A stretch of 64,000 nucleotides of DNA from Chiloscyllium plagiosum (taxonomy: Eukaryota): the NCBI RefSeq assembly GCF_004010195.1, contig NC_057754.1, forward strand, positions 584,169 through 648,168. The letters run 5' to 3'. Below the pieces are notes generated by a model, which searched no databases, had not been told where the DNA came from, and saw only the letters and a program-made list of their open reading frames with translations. The translations under genes and the position numbers were made by a program. Within the stretch, counting starts at the first letter, position 1. Every line of letters starts with the position of its first letter. This document shows positions 12,923 to 25,205 of this stretch, piece by piece.

Positions 12923-15900
12923 TACCAGAGCGGCGAGGAGAGAAGGAGAGGTGAAGCGAGGGCTGCCGGGAAGGGTGAGTTTTCCCGCATTAAAAGGAAC
13001 TTACCTCGGGAGTCAGGCTTTCATTTGCTGAGAGGTGCAAGGGAGGAGCGAAGGACTTCTGGGAAGTCATATATTTGTGTGGTTGTGTTGTCCAAAACAC
13101 TACTCGGGTAGTGTCTCCCACCCATCCTCCTCCTCGAACCAAAAAAAAAGGTTCTGTGCGCCAGTTTGGTAACGAGTTTATTTTTTATTCCTTATTTTTT
13201 CAACAGTCTCTTTGGGAATTTAGAATAGCGGGAATGGAGGTTAGGGCAGTTGAATGTTCCTCCTGCAGAATGTGGGAGGTAAGGGTCACCACTAGTGACC
13301 CTGCTGACTACATCTGCAGGAAGTGCACCCAACTCCAGCTCCTCGAAAACCACATTAGGGAACTGGAGCCGGAGCTGGATGAACTTCGGATCATTCGGGA
13401 GGTAGAGGGAGTTATTGAGAGGAGTTACAGGGAGGTAGGCACTCCTCAGGTACAAGAAAAAGGCAGATGGGTTACAGTCAGGAGATGGAAAGGGAACCGG
13501 CAGGCAGTGCAGGGGTCCCCTGTGGCCATTCCCCTCAACAATAAGTATACCGTTTTGGATACTGTTGGGGGGAACGACGTACCGGGGAAAGCAGTGGGGC
13601 ACAGGACTCTGGTACAGAGTCTGTCCCTGCTGCTCAGAAGGGAAAGGGGAAGAGGACCACAGCAGCTGTCATTGGGGACTCCATAGTTAGGGGTACAGAT
13701 AGGAGATTCTGTGGGGACGAGACAGACTCACAGTTGGTATGTTGCCTCCCAGGTGCCAGGGTTCGTGATGTCTCTGATCGTGTTTTTGGGATCCTTAAGG
13801 GGGAGAGGAAGCAGCCCCAAGTCGTGGTCCACATAGGCACCAACAACATAGGTAGGAAGAGAGATGGGGATTTAAGGCAGCAATTCAGGGAGCTAGGATG
13901 AAATCTTAGAGCTAGGACGAACAGAGTTGTTGTCTCTGGTTTGTTGCCCGTGCCATGTGCTAGTGAGGTAAGGAACAGGGAGAGAGAGGAGTTGAACATG
14001 TGGCTACAGGGATGGTGCAGGAGGGTGGGTTTTGGATTCTTCGATAATTGGGGCTTTTTCGATAATTGGGTAGGTGGGACTGCTACAAGCAGGATTGTCT
14101 TCATCTGAACCAGAGGAGTACCAAAATCATTGGGGGGGGACATTCGCTAAGGCTATTGGGGTGGGTTTAAACTAATCCAGCAGGGGGATGGGAACCAAAA
14201 TTGTAGTTCAAGTATAGAAAAGGTTGAGAGTAGGGAGGTCCAAAATCAAGTTTCAGGGACGCAAGATGGCACCAGCAAGCAAGAAGTTGCTTTGAAGTGT
14301 GTCTACTTCAACGCCAGGAGCATCCAGAATAAGGTGGGTGAACTTGCAGTGTGGGTTGGTACCTGGGACTTCGATGTTGTGACCATTTCTGAGACATGGA
14401 TAGAGCAGGGACAGGAATGGTGTTGCAGGTTCCAGGATTTAGATGTTTCAGGAAGAACAGAGAAGATGGTAAAATTGGGGGAGGTGTGGCATTGTTGGTC
14501 AAGGACAGTATTACAGTTGCAGAAAGGATGTTTAGGGTCTCGTCAATTGAGGTAGTATGGGCTGAGGTTAGAAACAGGAAAGGAGAGGTCACCCTGTTGG
14601 GAGTTTTCTATAGGCCTCCGAATAGTTCCAGAGATGTGGAGGAAAGGATCGCAAAGGTGATTCTCGATAGGAGTGAGAGAGACGGGGTAGTTGTCATGGG
14701 GGACTTCAACTTTCCAAATATTGACTGGGAACACTACAGTACAAGTACTATAGATGGGTCAGTTTTTGTCCAGTGTGTGCAGGAGAGCTGCCTGCCCCTT
14801 GTTGGCCAGTATGTAGACTGGCCAACAAGGGGCGAAGCCACATTAGATTTGGTACTGGGTAAAGAGCCCAGCCAGGTGTTAGACTTGGAAGTAGGTGAGC
14901 ACTTTGGTGATAGCGATCACAATTCTGTTATGTTTACTTTAGTGATAGAAAGGGATAGGTGTATACCACTGGGCAAGAGTTCCAGCTGGGGGAAAGGCAA
15001 TTATCATGCAATTAGGCAAGATTTAGGAAACATAGGATGGGGAAGGAAACTGCAGGGGTTGGGCACATTAGAAATGTGGAGCTTATTCAAGGAAAAGCTC
15101 CTGTGTGTCCTAGATAAGTATGTACCTGTCAGGCAGGGAGGAAGCTGTAGAGTGCGGGAGCCGTGGTTTATGAAGGAAGTAGAATTTTTGGTCAAGAGGA
15201 AGAAGAAGGCTTATGTTATGATGAGATGTGAAGGCTCAGTTAGGGCGCTTGAGGGTTACAAGGTAGCCAGGAAAGACCTAAAGAGAGAGCTCAGAAGAGC
15301 CAGGAGGAGACATGAGAAGTTGTTGGTGGATAGGATAAGGGTAAACCCTAAGGCTTTCTAAAGGTGTTTAAGGAATAAAAGAATGATGAGAGTAAGATTA
15401 GGGCCAATCAAGGATAGTAGTGGGAAGTTGTGTGTGGAGTCAGAGGAGATAGGGGAAGCACTAAATGAATATTTTTCGACAGTATTCACTCTAGAAAACG
15501 ACAATGTTGTCAAGGAGATTACTGAGATACAGGCTACTAGACTGGGGGTGGGATTGAGATTCACAAGGAAGAGGTATTAGAAATCCTGCAGAGTGTAAAA
15601 ATAGATAAGTCCCTTGGGTCGGATGGAATTTATCCTAGGATCCTCTGGAAAGCCAGGGAGGAGATTGCCGAGCCTTTGGCATTGATCTTTAAATCGTCAT
15701 TGTCTACAGGAATAGTGCCAGAAGACTGGAGGATAGCAAATGTGGTTCCCCTGTTCAAGGAGAGGAGTAGAGACAACCCAGGTAATTATAGACCAGTGAG
15801 TCTTACTTCAGTTGTTGGCAAAGTGTTGGAAAAGGTTATAAGAGATAGGATTTATGATCATCTAGAAAAGAATAATTTGATTACGGATAGTCAGTATGGT

Positions 15901-17152
15901 TTTTGAAGGGTAGGTCGTGCCTCACAAACCTTATTGAGTTATTTGAGAAGGTGACCAAAGAGGTAGATGAGAGTAAACCAGTTGATGTGGTGTATACGGA
16001 TTTCAGCAAGGCGTTCGATAAGGTTCCCCACAGTAGGCTATTGTACAAAATGCGGAAGAATGGGATTGTGGGAGATATAGCAGTTTGGATCAGTAATTGG
16101 CTTGCTGAAAGAAGACAGAGGGTGGTGGTTGATAGGAAATGTTCATCCTGAAGTCCAGTTACTAGTGGTGTACCACAAGGGTTGGTGTTGGGTCCACTGC
16201 TGTTCATCATTTTTATAAATGACCTGGATGAGGGCGTAGAAGGATGGGTTAGTAAATTTGCAGATGACACTAAGGTTGGTGGAGTTGTGGATAGTGATGA
16301 AGGATGTTGTAGGTTACAGAGAGACATAGATAAGCTGTAAAGCTGGGCTGAGAGGTGGCAAATGGAGTTTAATGCAGACAAGTGTGAGGTGATTCACTTC
16401 GGTTGGAGTAACTGGAATGCAAAGTACTGGGCCAATGGTAAGATTCTTGGTAGTGTAGATGAGCAGAGAGATCTCGGTGTCCATGTACACAGATCCTTGA
16501 AAGTTGCCACCCAGGTTGACAGGGTTGTTAAGAAGGCATACAGTGTTTTAGCTTTTATTATTAGAGGGATTGAGTTCTGGAACCATGAGGTTATGCTGCA
16601 GCTGTACAAAACTCTGGTGCGGCCGCACTTGGAGTATTGTGTAGAGTTCTGGTCACCGCATTATAAGAAGGATGTGGAAACTTTGGAAAGGGTGCAGAGG
16701 AGATTTACTAGGATGTTGCCTGGTATGGAGGGAAGGTCTTATGAGGAAAGGCTGAGGGACTTGAGGCTGTTTTCGTTAGAGAGAAGAAGGTTGAGAGGTG
16801 ACTTAATAGAGACATGTAAGATAATCAGAGGGTTAGATAGTGTGGACAGGGAGAGCCTTTTTCCAAGTGTGGTGACGGTGAGCACAAAGGGGCATAGCTT
16901 TAAATTGAGGGGTGATAGATATAGGACAGATGTCAGAGGTAGTCTCTTTACTCAGAGAGTAGTAAGGATATGGAATGCTTTGCCTGCAACGGTAGTAGAT
17001 TCGCCAACTTTAAGTACATTTAAGTCGTCATTGGACAAGCATATGGACGTACATGGAATAGTGTAGGTTAGATGGGCTGCAGATTGGTATGACAGGTCGG
17101 CGCAACATTGAGGGCCAAAGGGCCTGTACTGTGCTGTAATGTTCTATGTTCT
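12923..17152 (+). mobile_element. Near-full-length CR1 LINE (ORF1 zinc finger/coiled coil + SGNH esterase; ORF2 APE + RT) nested in the Gypsy protease region
   Basis: CSSC...CRKC motif; GDS esterase motif (VIGDSIVRG); ORF2 motifs GDFNFPNIDW, SDHN, FADD; (gttctat)n tail; ATAATT target duplication at 12917-12922 and 17153-17158; several stops and frameshifts. Confidence 0.92.
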
Positions 17153-18837
17153 ATAATTGAGCGCTTCTTGTCTCACCATGAATTCCCGTTACTCATACAT
17201 TTTCTGGCAATAGTCCTTCAGAGATATATATCTCCTCATATTTCAACATCAGAGATTGAGAGTATCCTGTATCTCTTAATATTGTAACCTCTTTACCTGC
17301 TGCTCCTGGCTTATGCGAGTAAACTTTACCTTTGCATGTGTATGGTTTAAGAAGATCTGGCACTTCTTCCTTAACCAACCTCTGACCAGCTTGTACATTC
17401 TGGTGCAGATTTCTAGCCTCCACTGTGCTTTCTGTTACCATTGTAACAAAACTCACTGACTATTTCCTGTCTTCCTACATCTGGCTTCTTCTAACTCACC
17501 AACACTGTGATTTCATGTGGTCCACTTTATTGCAGTGAAAACACCAGAGCTTTTTAACTTCTCTTTCCCCTTTAAGAGTTATCCTTATGATCTTCACCAA
17601 GATCTACCTCTCCCTTTCCATGTGAGGATTCCTCTTTTCCCCAGATTCTATCCCTCACGGATTGAAACTGATTTTGGAAGCCAAACTTTGATTTATGGAC
17701 CAACTCATAATCTTCAGCCATTTCAGCTGCTAATCTTGCCATTTTAACTCTCTGTTCTTCAACATGACTTCTCACTAGTTCAGGCAGTGAATTTTTGAAC
17801 TCCTCCAAAATAAAAGGCTCTCTAAGAGTATCACAAGTTTGCTGTATTTTTAATGCCCTTACCCATCTATCAAAAGTACTTTGTTTGATTATTTCAAACT
17901 TAATGTAAGTTTGACCAGGGTTCCTCCTTAGATTCCTGAAATATTGTCTGTAGGTTCCTGACACAAGCTCATATGCACTTACGATGGCTTTCTTCACCTT
18001 CTCATATGCCCCGGGTACCTCCTCTGATAGTGATCCAAATACCTCACTAGCTCTACCTACATGTTTTGTTTGGTTCAGCAAAATCCACATGGTCACTGGC
18101 CACTGCCTTTGTTTAGCCACCCTTACAAATGAGATGAAAAAGGCTTCCACATCCTTCTCATCAAATTTAGACAAAGCTTGAACATATTTAAACTTTCTCA
18201 CCAGGCTTTTGGCTACCGTGAGTTTGTTCATCCTCACTCTCTTCCTCACTGAACTTACCTTCAGCCTTCATCTCCATCCTTTTAAGCTGACTTTCCTGTC
18301 TAAGTGCCAATTTCTGAAGTTCAAACTCCCTCTATTTCTTCCTTTACTCACTCTCCTTTTCTCTCTCTTCTCTCTTTCTCCCTCTCCCTCTCTTTCTTTT
18401 TCTTTTTGTTCTGCTAAAGTGATTCATTCTTTTTCTCTTTCCTCTGCTTTTAATCACAATTCCTTGGGGTTTTTTTTTTGCCTCTAACTCAATCTGCTTT
18501 TTTTCAATTGCATTTTAGCCATCTCTAAAGATTCTGATGGTATTTCCAGCAAATTCTCCTTTCCTTATGGAAGGAGGCAGCTCCAGCTCCAGATTGTCTG
18601 CTAATTCCAGCAGTTTGCACCTTAATCACCATTTGTAAAACCCGTAAAGTCACTTCTTCCACCCCCTGAAAACTCTTGGTGACTGAAGGAGCCATTGCTA
18701 TCCCAAGCAATGGTTAAACCAACCGATTTCAACACCAGAACAAAAGACACTAACACCTACCACTCACTGCCTTCGAGTCCAACAACCTGAATCCCAAATC
18801 GGAACCGTAGAGCAAATCCCACAAAGATCCCCCAGTC

Positions 18838-19480
18838 TGTTATGGACCAGGCCAGATCCCCTCAAAACATTTCAAGACAGTAGCCCACACCCTAAATTTG
18901 CTAGTTGTTTTAAGCAAGTGTAACACGGATATTCCGGGAGAGATGTCACTGGTCAATCCACTTAGTTTTAAACAAAACAGAATTTATTTCCAAGATTACC
19001 AAGTGAAACACAAACAGAAAAGAACATAATACTGAATAACTTAACCGATCCAAAAACCCAACAGATCATCCCAACTTAATGATGCTGTTCAAAATACTTG
19101 GAACAATCCCCATAAACACCCCTTGGGACAAAAGGTAACATCAAACACAGGGTGTTACAAGAGAGATGTCACAGAGAGAGGAGGATCAGCGTGGGCCTGC
19201 TTCTTTGGATCCAGCAGCTTTACAACTGCTTGACTGCTTTCAGTGACTAGCTAGACCAAATCAAACAGAGAAAAGGGAGAACTGGCCACTCTCCTTTCAT
19301 TGTACAAATGTTTTTATACATTTGAAACCCCTTTTTCCTGAGGCAGTATCTGTCAGCTATAATCAAATTAATCCTAAAACCCATCCAAGCCCAGACTTTT
19401 CGGAGTCTGTATCTTTTACAATCTCTCTGAAAAATAAACCAAGGACACCATAACCTTGTTAAAGAAACAGCATCATCACA
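18838..19480 (-). repeat. 5' LTR of the Gmr1-like element
   Basis: tgttatgg...catcaca termini; first ~140 bp repeated at 9375-9515. Confidence 0.8.
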
Positions 19481-19516
19481 ACTGTTAATAAAATGTATAC
19501 ATTCAATCTCTTATAG

Positions 19517-19629
19517 CTGAAGTGTTCCCAGTTCCCAACACACGAACATTGCAATGAGGATTCTGAATTTATTTGTGGCACAGATGGACAGGATTATGGA
19601 AATGCTTGCATCCTTTGTGAATATAACAG
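19517..19629 (+). CDS. Kazal-type protein A, exon 3 (LKCSQFPTHEHCNEDSEFICGTDGQDYGNACILCEYN)
   Basis: 113-nt exon, acceptor ctcttatag, donor GTAATG; Kazal spacing C-x8-C-x7-C-x10-C-x2-C with CGTDG..Y.N.C. Confidence 0.92.
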
Positions 19630-20349
19630 GTAATGAATGTAAAGAAAAGACCAGATGTGATTCCTTTTGTTGTAAAATTTAAGAACTAATTGTTAAACTT
19701 GGAATGAACCACAGTTTGACTACACATGGAGTTACTATAAACAGTTCTGGATTTTGAGAATTGTTACAGTGTGACGAGAGGAAAGTGCTGGTAATCAAAC
19801 TGCACAATTCACCAGTCAGAACATTCATGTAAATGTATTGATTCAATCACCGACTTAGCTAATTGCTCCCCATTGCTACAGGTATTCCTGAATAATGGTG
19901 ACTTTCATCAGATTTACTTAGTGAACTCGAAATAATCCATTGATTATGAAACAAAACCTATTTTTAAAAACAAGTGTTTAAACTGGTTAGCACTAAGCTA
20001 TAGTCCAGAATTAGAATGATATCATTGTTTAATTCCAAACTAAGCATACTCACACAATACAAAAGACAACGCAAATCTACAGAGATGATGGTTAAAAAGG
20101 TCCGGGAAAGAAAATGCCCTTTTTTGCCTATGGTCTGAAAATAAAAGATAGAATTGGATAAATTCTCACAGCCCAGTGTGTTTCTTGTTGATGGAGTCGA
20201 ATTGGTAACAGTCTGATGGAAGACGTCCCAAATAAGCTTTGGCTTATTCATTATCTTGACTAGTTTGTACAGCTTCTCAGGCTGTACAAACTAGTCAAGA
20301 TAATGAGAAATAGAAATTTTATTGAGTTCCCAAAAGCTTCAACCAGTAA

Positions 20350-20790
20350 GACGATGAGACCAGAAGACCATAAGACACCAGAACAGAAATTAGGCCATTC
20401 AGCCCCTCAAGTCTGCTCCGGCATTCAATCATGGCTGATACGTTTCTCAATCCCATTCGCCCACTTTCTCCCCTTAACCTTTGATCCCCATGACAATCGA
20501 GAACTTATCTATCTCTGACTTAAATATAGCTGAAAATGTGTCGTTTCTCCTCTTAAATATACTTAAATATACTCAATGACCTGGCCTCCACAGCCTTCTA
20601 TGGCAATGAATTCCATAGATTCATAATGCTCTGGCTGAAGAAATTTCTCCCCATCTCTGTTCTAAAGGGTCTACCCTTTACTTTAAAGCTGTACCCTTGG
20701 GTAAGAGTCTTTGCTGCAAATGAAAACACCTTCCCAATGTCCACTCTGTCCAGGTCATTCAGTATTCTGTAAGTTTCAATTAGACCCCCC
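20350..20790 (-). mobile_element. CR1/L2-type LINE 3' fragment
   Basis: Minus-strand LIETYRILNDLDRV...FFSQSIMNLWNSLP, typical ORF2 C-terminus. Confidence 0.75.
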
Positions 20791-20809
20791 CCAACCCCAC
20801 CCCCAGGAC

Positions 20810-21650
20810 AACTAGCCATTTGGATACAGAACTAGCTTGAAGGTAGAAGACGAGGGTGGTGGTGGAGGGTTGTTTTTCAGACTGGAGGCCTGTGACCAGT
20901 GGAGTGCCTCAAGGATCGGGGCGAGGTCCACTACTTTTTGTCATTTATATAAATGAATTGGATGTGAATATAGGAGGTATAGTTGGTAAGTTTGCAGATG
21001 ACACCAAAGTTGGAGGTGTAGTGGACAGCGAGAAAGGTTACCTCAGAGTACAATGGGATTTTGATCAGATGGGCAAATGGGCTGAGGAGTGGCAAATGGA
21101 ATTTGATTTAGAAAAATGCGAGGTGCTGCAGTTTGGAAAAGGAAATCAGAGCAGGGCTTATACAGTTAATGATGAAGTCCTGGGGAGTGTTGCTGAACAA
21201 AGAGATGTCGGAGTGCAGGTTCATTGTTCCTTGAAAGTAGAGATGCAAGTAGATAGGATAGTGAAGAAAGCATTCGGTATGCTTTCCTTTATTGGTCAGA
21301 GCAGTGAGTATAGGAGTTGGGAGGTCATGTTGTGGACATACAGGACATTGGTTAGGCCACTTTTGGAGCAGTGCATGCAGTTCTGGTCTCCTTCCTATCG
21401 GAAAGAAGTTGTGAAACGTGAAAGGGTTCAGAAAAGATTTACAAGGATGTTGCCAGGGTTGGAAGATTTGAGCTATAGGGAGAGGCTGAATAGGCTGGGA
21501 CTGTTTACTCTGGAATGTCGGAGGCTGAGGGGTGACCTTATAGAGGTTTACAAAATTATGAGGGGCATGGAGAGTATAAATAGGCAAGGTCTTTTCCCTG
21601 GGGTCGGGGAGTCCAGAACTAGAGGGCATAGATTTAGGGTGAGAGGTGAG
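20810..21650 (+). mobile_element. CR1 RT fragment in intron 3 of Kazal gene A
   Basis: 278-aa ORF with SGVPQGS, FADDTK, RRLRGDLIEVYK. Confidence 0.9.
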
Positions 21651-22289
21651 ACCACAAGCATGGGCCCATCAGTATCAAACCATTCTGAATAAATCCAATG
21701 GGAAAATTCAGAAGAAGCATCCTCCCTGCCCAGAGATTCTGTTGGGGGTGGGAGTGGGGGGGGAGGGGCAGTGCGCGAAATTTGGGACTCGCTCCCACAG
21801 GAAGAGGTCAAGGTGCGTCATGTTGACATGTGTAAGGGATAAACACCTGAGGGAGAAAGCTACAGATGGACAGGGTGAGATGGAGATGAAAGTTTGGGTG
21901 CAGAGGTGCAAGAAGTTAAAATTCTGAGTTGAAATTTGCGGTAAATATTCAAAAAGTGTAAGAGTGTTTGTGGGCAGCTGGTGGTAGTGACTGATTCCAA
22001 CCTGAAGCCTTTGCCTGTCGATAAGGCTATGGTGTTCATCCTGTTGCCACTGTGCCAGTCCTGATACAGAATTAAAGACAGTGGGACTGCAGTCCCAGTG
22101 GAATCTGAAACAACACTTAGCTGGTTCCGTCAATACCAACTTGTGCCTTGGCATCAGATCACAAGCCCGGCTCTGATGTTTCCTGCTGACGGGCCCAAGG
22201 TGTGACTCTGACATTGGAAAATTCCTAGATATCTTCATATGGATGGGAGATGTTCGATGGCTTGATGGTTGTCTTTGTTTCCCCTTCAG

Positions 22290-22371
22290 GCTGCACAAGA
22301 AAGATGTTCGCGTCCAGCACCTCGGATTCTGCACATGTGCTCAAAAGGCAAGGAGGCAACCTGTTAATTAA
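22290..22371 (+). CDS. Kazal-type protein A, exon 4 (R-LHKKDVRVQHLGFCTCAQKARRQPVN-stop)
   Basis: Acceptor tttccccttcag; completes the phase-2 codon; C5-x17-C6 spacing is exact; TAA at 22369-22371. Confidence 0.9.
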
Positions 22372-22418
22372 ACCAAGCTTTCACAAAGAGAAATCTCTCT
22401 CAGAATGGTTTCTCCTTG

Positions 22419-22424
22419 AATAAA
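22419..22424 (+). terminator. Polyadenylation signal of Kazal gene A
   Basis: AATAAA 47 nt after the stop codon, GT-rich sequence downstream. Confidence 0.65.
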
Positions 22425-22544
22425 GAAAGTGGACCATGAACTGTTTGTGGCATTTCCTTTGTCTGATAGGAATGTAACAGCAGGGGTAAGGTATTCGGTC
22501 CTTTGAACCCATTTCACGATTCAGTGAGATCATAGAAACAGAGA

Positions 22545-25205
22545 GACCTAGGGAACTGCAGGTACTTGGTTCCTTGAAAGTGACATCGCAGGTAGTCAGG
22601 CTGGTGAAGAAGGCATTTGGCATGTTTGCTTTTGTCAGTCAGAACACTAAGTACAGGAGTTGGGATGTCAAGTTCCACCTGTGCAGGACATTAGTGAGGC
22701 CACTTTTAGAGCACGACATACAATTCTGGTCACCCCGCTATAGGAAGGATGTTGTTAAACTTGAGAGGGTGCAAAACAGATATACAAGGATGTTACTAGG
22801 AGGGTTTAGATTATATGGAGAGACTGGATAGACTAGGACGGTTTTCACTGGAGTACAGGAGATTGAAGGGTGACCTTATAGAGGTTTATAAAGTCATGAG
22901 GGGTATAGATAAGGTTAATAGTAAATGTCTTTTGTCCAGGGTAGGAGTGTCCAAAACTAGAGGGCATGGGTTTAAGGGGAGAGGGGAAATATTTAAAAGG
23001 GACCTAAGGGGCAAACTTTTCACACAGAGGGTGGTGCATGTATGGAACAAGCTGTCAGAGGAAGTTGTCGAAGCTGGTACTATTACAGCATTTAAAAGGC
23101 GTCTGGAAGGGTATATGAATAGGAAGGGTTTAGAAGAATATGGGCAAAATGCTGGCAAATGGGACTAGATTAATTTAGGATATCTGGTCAGTGTGGACGA
23201 TTTAGACCGAAGGGTCTGTTTATATGCTGTATGACTCTATGGCTGATCAGGCCACGCTCTGTGCTCTACTTTCCTACAGTCCAGTTGCTCCATTCCAATC
23301 TCAGACTGTGTTGGACAGATTGTGTTAGCAGCAGTTTCCAGGTACATTCCCAATGGAGCAACAATCACCAACCTGCCATCACATCCAATACGTCCCTCAA
23401 TCAAACCTTCTTCCACCAGCAGGAGCCAATAGGGCTCCCCCTGTAACTGGAGCCCTGGTAGGGCTAACCCTCCACCTCACACTTGTCCACAGTGAAATTC
23501 ATCTGCCACTTCTCTGCCCAGTCCACCAACTTGTTTTTGCCCTTGCAAATTTCTACAACCACCTCACGGGTTACAACTCTCCCAGATTTTATACAAACTT
23601 TGACATTGTCTCCTGCACATCGACATCGAGATCATTGACGTATTTCAGGAAAAGCAAGGGCTGTAAAACTATTCCTTTGGGAACTCCACTACAAACCTTC
23701 CCCTGGCCCGAAAAATATCCACTGACCATTACTCTCTCTGTTTTTGTATCCTTCGGATAACTTTGAAGGTATGTTGTTTCTGTCCCCACTTTTTCATACT
23801 TTCTTACTGTATTAACCACCTGAAAATCAGCGCATATCAGATCAACAGCATTACTCTCATCAACCCTCTGTGTTACCTCAACAAAAATCCCCAACTAATT
23901 AGTTAAACGCATTTTTCCCATAGAAAATCTGTGCTGGTTCTCCTTGATGTTCATTTGTCCATGTGACTATTCTTGCATTCAGAATTATTGGTTTGAAAAT
24001 GAAATCTGCCTTCACGACCACATTTCCCTTTCTCCCTGTGTGGTTGGTACTCCCTACAAAGATGTCCTTCAGCAACTCCATCACATCTTTGACCCTTGGC
24101 ACCAGGGAGGCTACACACCATCCTGGTGTCATGTTTACTACCACAGAAACCCCTGTCTATGGAATTCCCAGTCCATGGAATCCACTGTCTATGGAATCCC
24201 TGGTCACTTTTGCCCTTCTGTTCCTTTATCTCTCCCCAGCTCCTGCACAGTGGAGACAATCTTGATGCCATGAGCTTGTTTCTATAGAATCCATAGAATG
24301 TCCCAATTCATTTGGCCCCGCAGCTCCACATCAACCCATTGGACAATATCCCACCCAGACCCATCCCCCTACCCTTTCCCTGTACCTCTACATTTTCCAT
24401 GGCTAATGCACCTAACCTACACATCCCTGGACACAGGCTATTAGATTAGATGGGATTGAGGTTCATAAGGAGGAGGTGTTAGCAATTTTGGAAAGTGTGA
24501 AAATAAATACATTCCCTGGGCCGGATGGAATTTACCCTAGGATTCTCTGGGAAGCCAGAGAGGAGATTGCCAAGCTTTTGGCTTTGATCTTTATGTTGTC
24601 ACTGTCTACAGGAATAGTGCCAGAAGACTGAAAGATAGCAAATGTTGTTCCCTTGTTCAAGAAGGGAGTAGAGACAACCCTGGTAATTATAGACTTGTGA
24701 GCCTAATATGGTTATGGGTAAAGTGTTGGAAAGCATTATAAGAGACAGGATTTATAAGCATCTAGAAAGGAAAAATTTGATTAGGGATACTCAACACAGT
24801 TTTGTGAAGGGTAGGTCATGTCTCACAAACCTTATTGAGTTCTTTGAGAAGGTGACCAAACAGGTGGATGAGGATGTGGTGTATATGGATTTCAGTAAGG
24901 TGTTTGATAAGGTTCCCCACGGTAAGCTATTGCAGAAAATACGGAGGCATGGGATTGAGGGTGATTCAGCAGTTTGGTCAGAAATTGGCTTGCTGAAAGA
25001 AGACAGAGGGTGGTGGCTGATGGGAAATGTTCATCCTGGAGTCTAGTTACTAGTGGTGTACTACAAGGATCTGTTTTGGGGCCACTGCTGTTTGTCATTT
25101 TTATAAGTGACCTGGATGTGGGCGTAGGAGGATGGGTTAATAAATTTGCGGATGACACTAAGGTCAGTGGAGTTGTGGATAGTGCTGAAAGATGTTGCAG
25201 GTTAC
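22545..25205. mobile_element. Stack of CR1 fragments (+ 22545-23240; - ~23300-24270; + 24435-25205) with a SINE tail fragment
   Basis: RT-domain ORF fragments on both strands. Confidence 0.85.

Larger units (their letters stand above)
9375..19480 (-). mobile_element. Gmr1-like Gypsy LTR retrotransposon (gag-PR-IN-RT-RNaseH), decayed, in intron 2 of Kazal gene A
   Basis: ACTG target duplication (9371-9374, 19481-19484); LTR 18838-19480 (TG...CA) with a truncated second LTR at 9375-~9515; gag (KFDEKDVEAFF, LEEFKNSLP), protease (ILRDTG), integrase (CQTYHTCQ, PFTRVLID, SPFELVFGHEVRGPL), RT (CVDYRK, YIDD) and RNase H (YADHNPL); degenerate tRNA-Pro-like PBS tggggg next to the 5' LTR. Confidence 0.9.

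Noticed and set aside
13075..17066. Intact protein-coding genes or an active LINE
   Set aside because: CR1 ORF1 and ORF2 are broken by multiple stops and frameshifts
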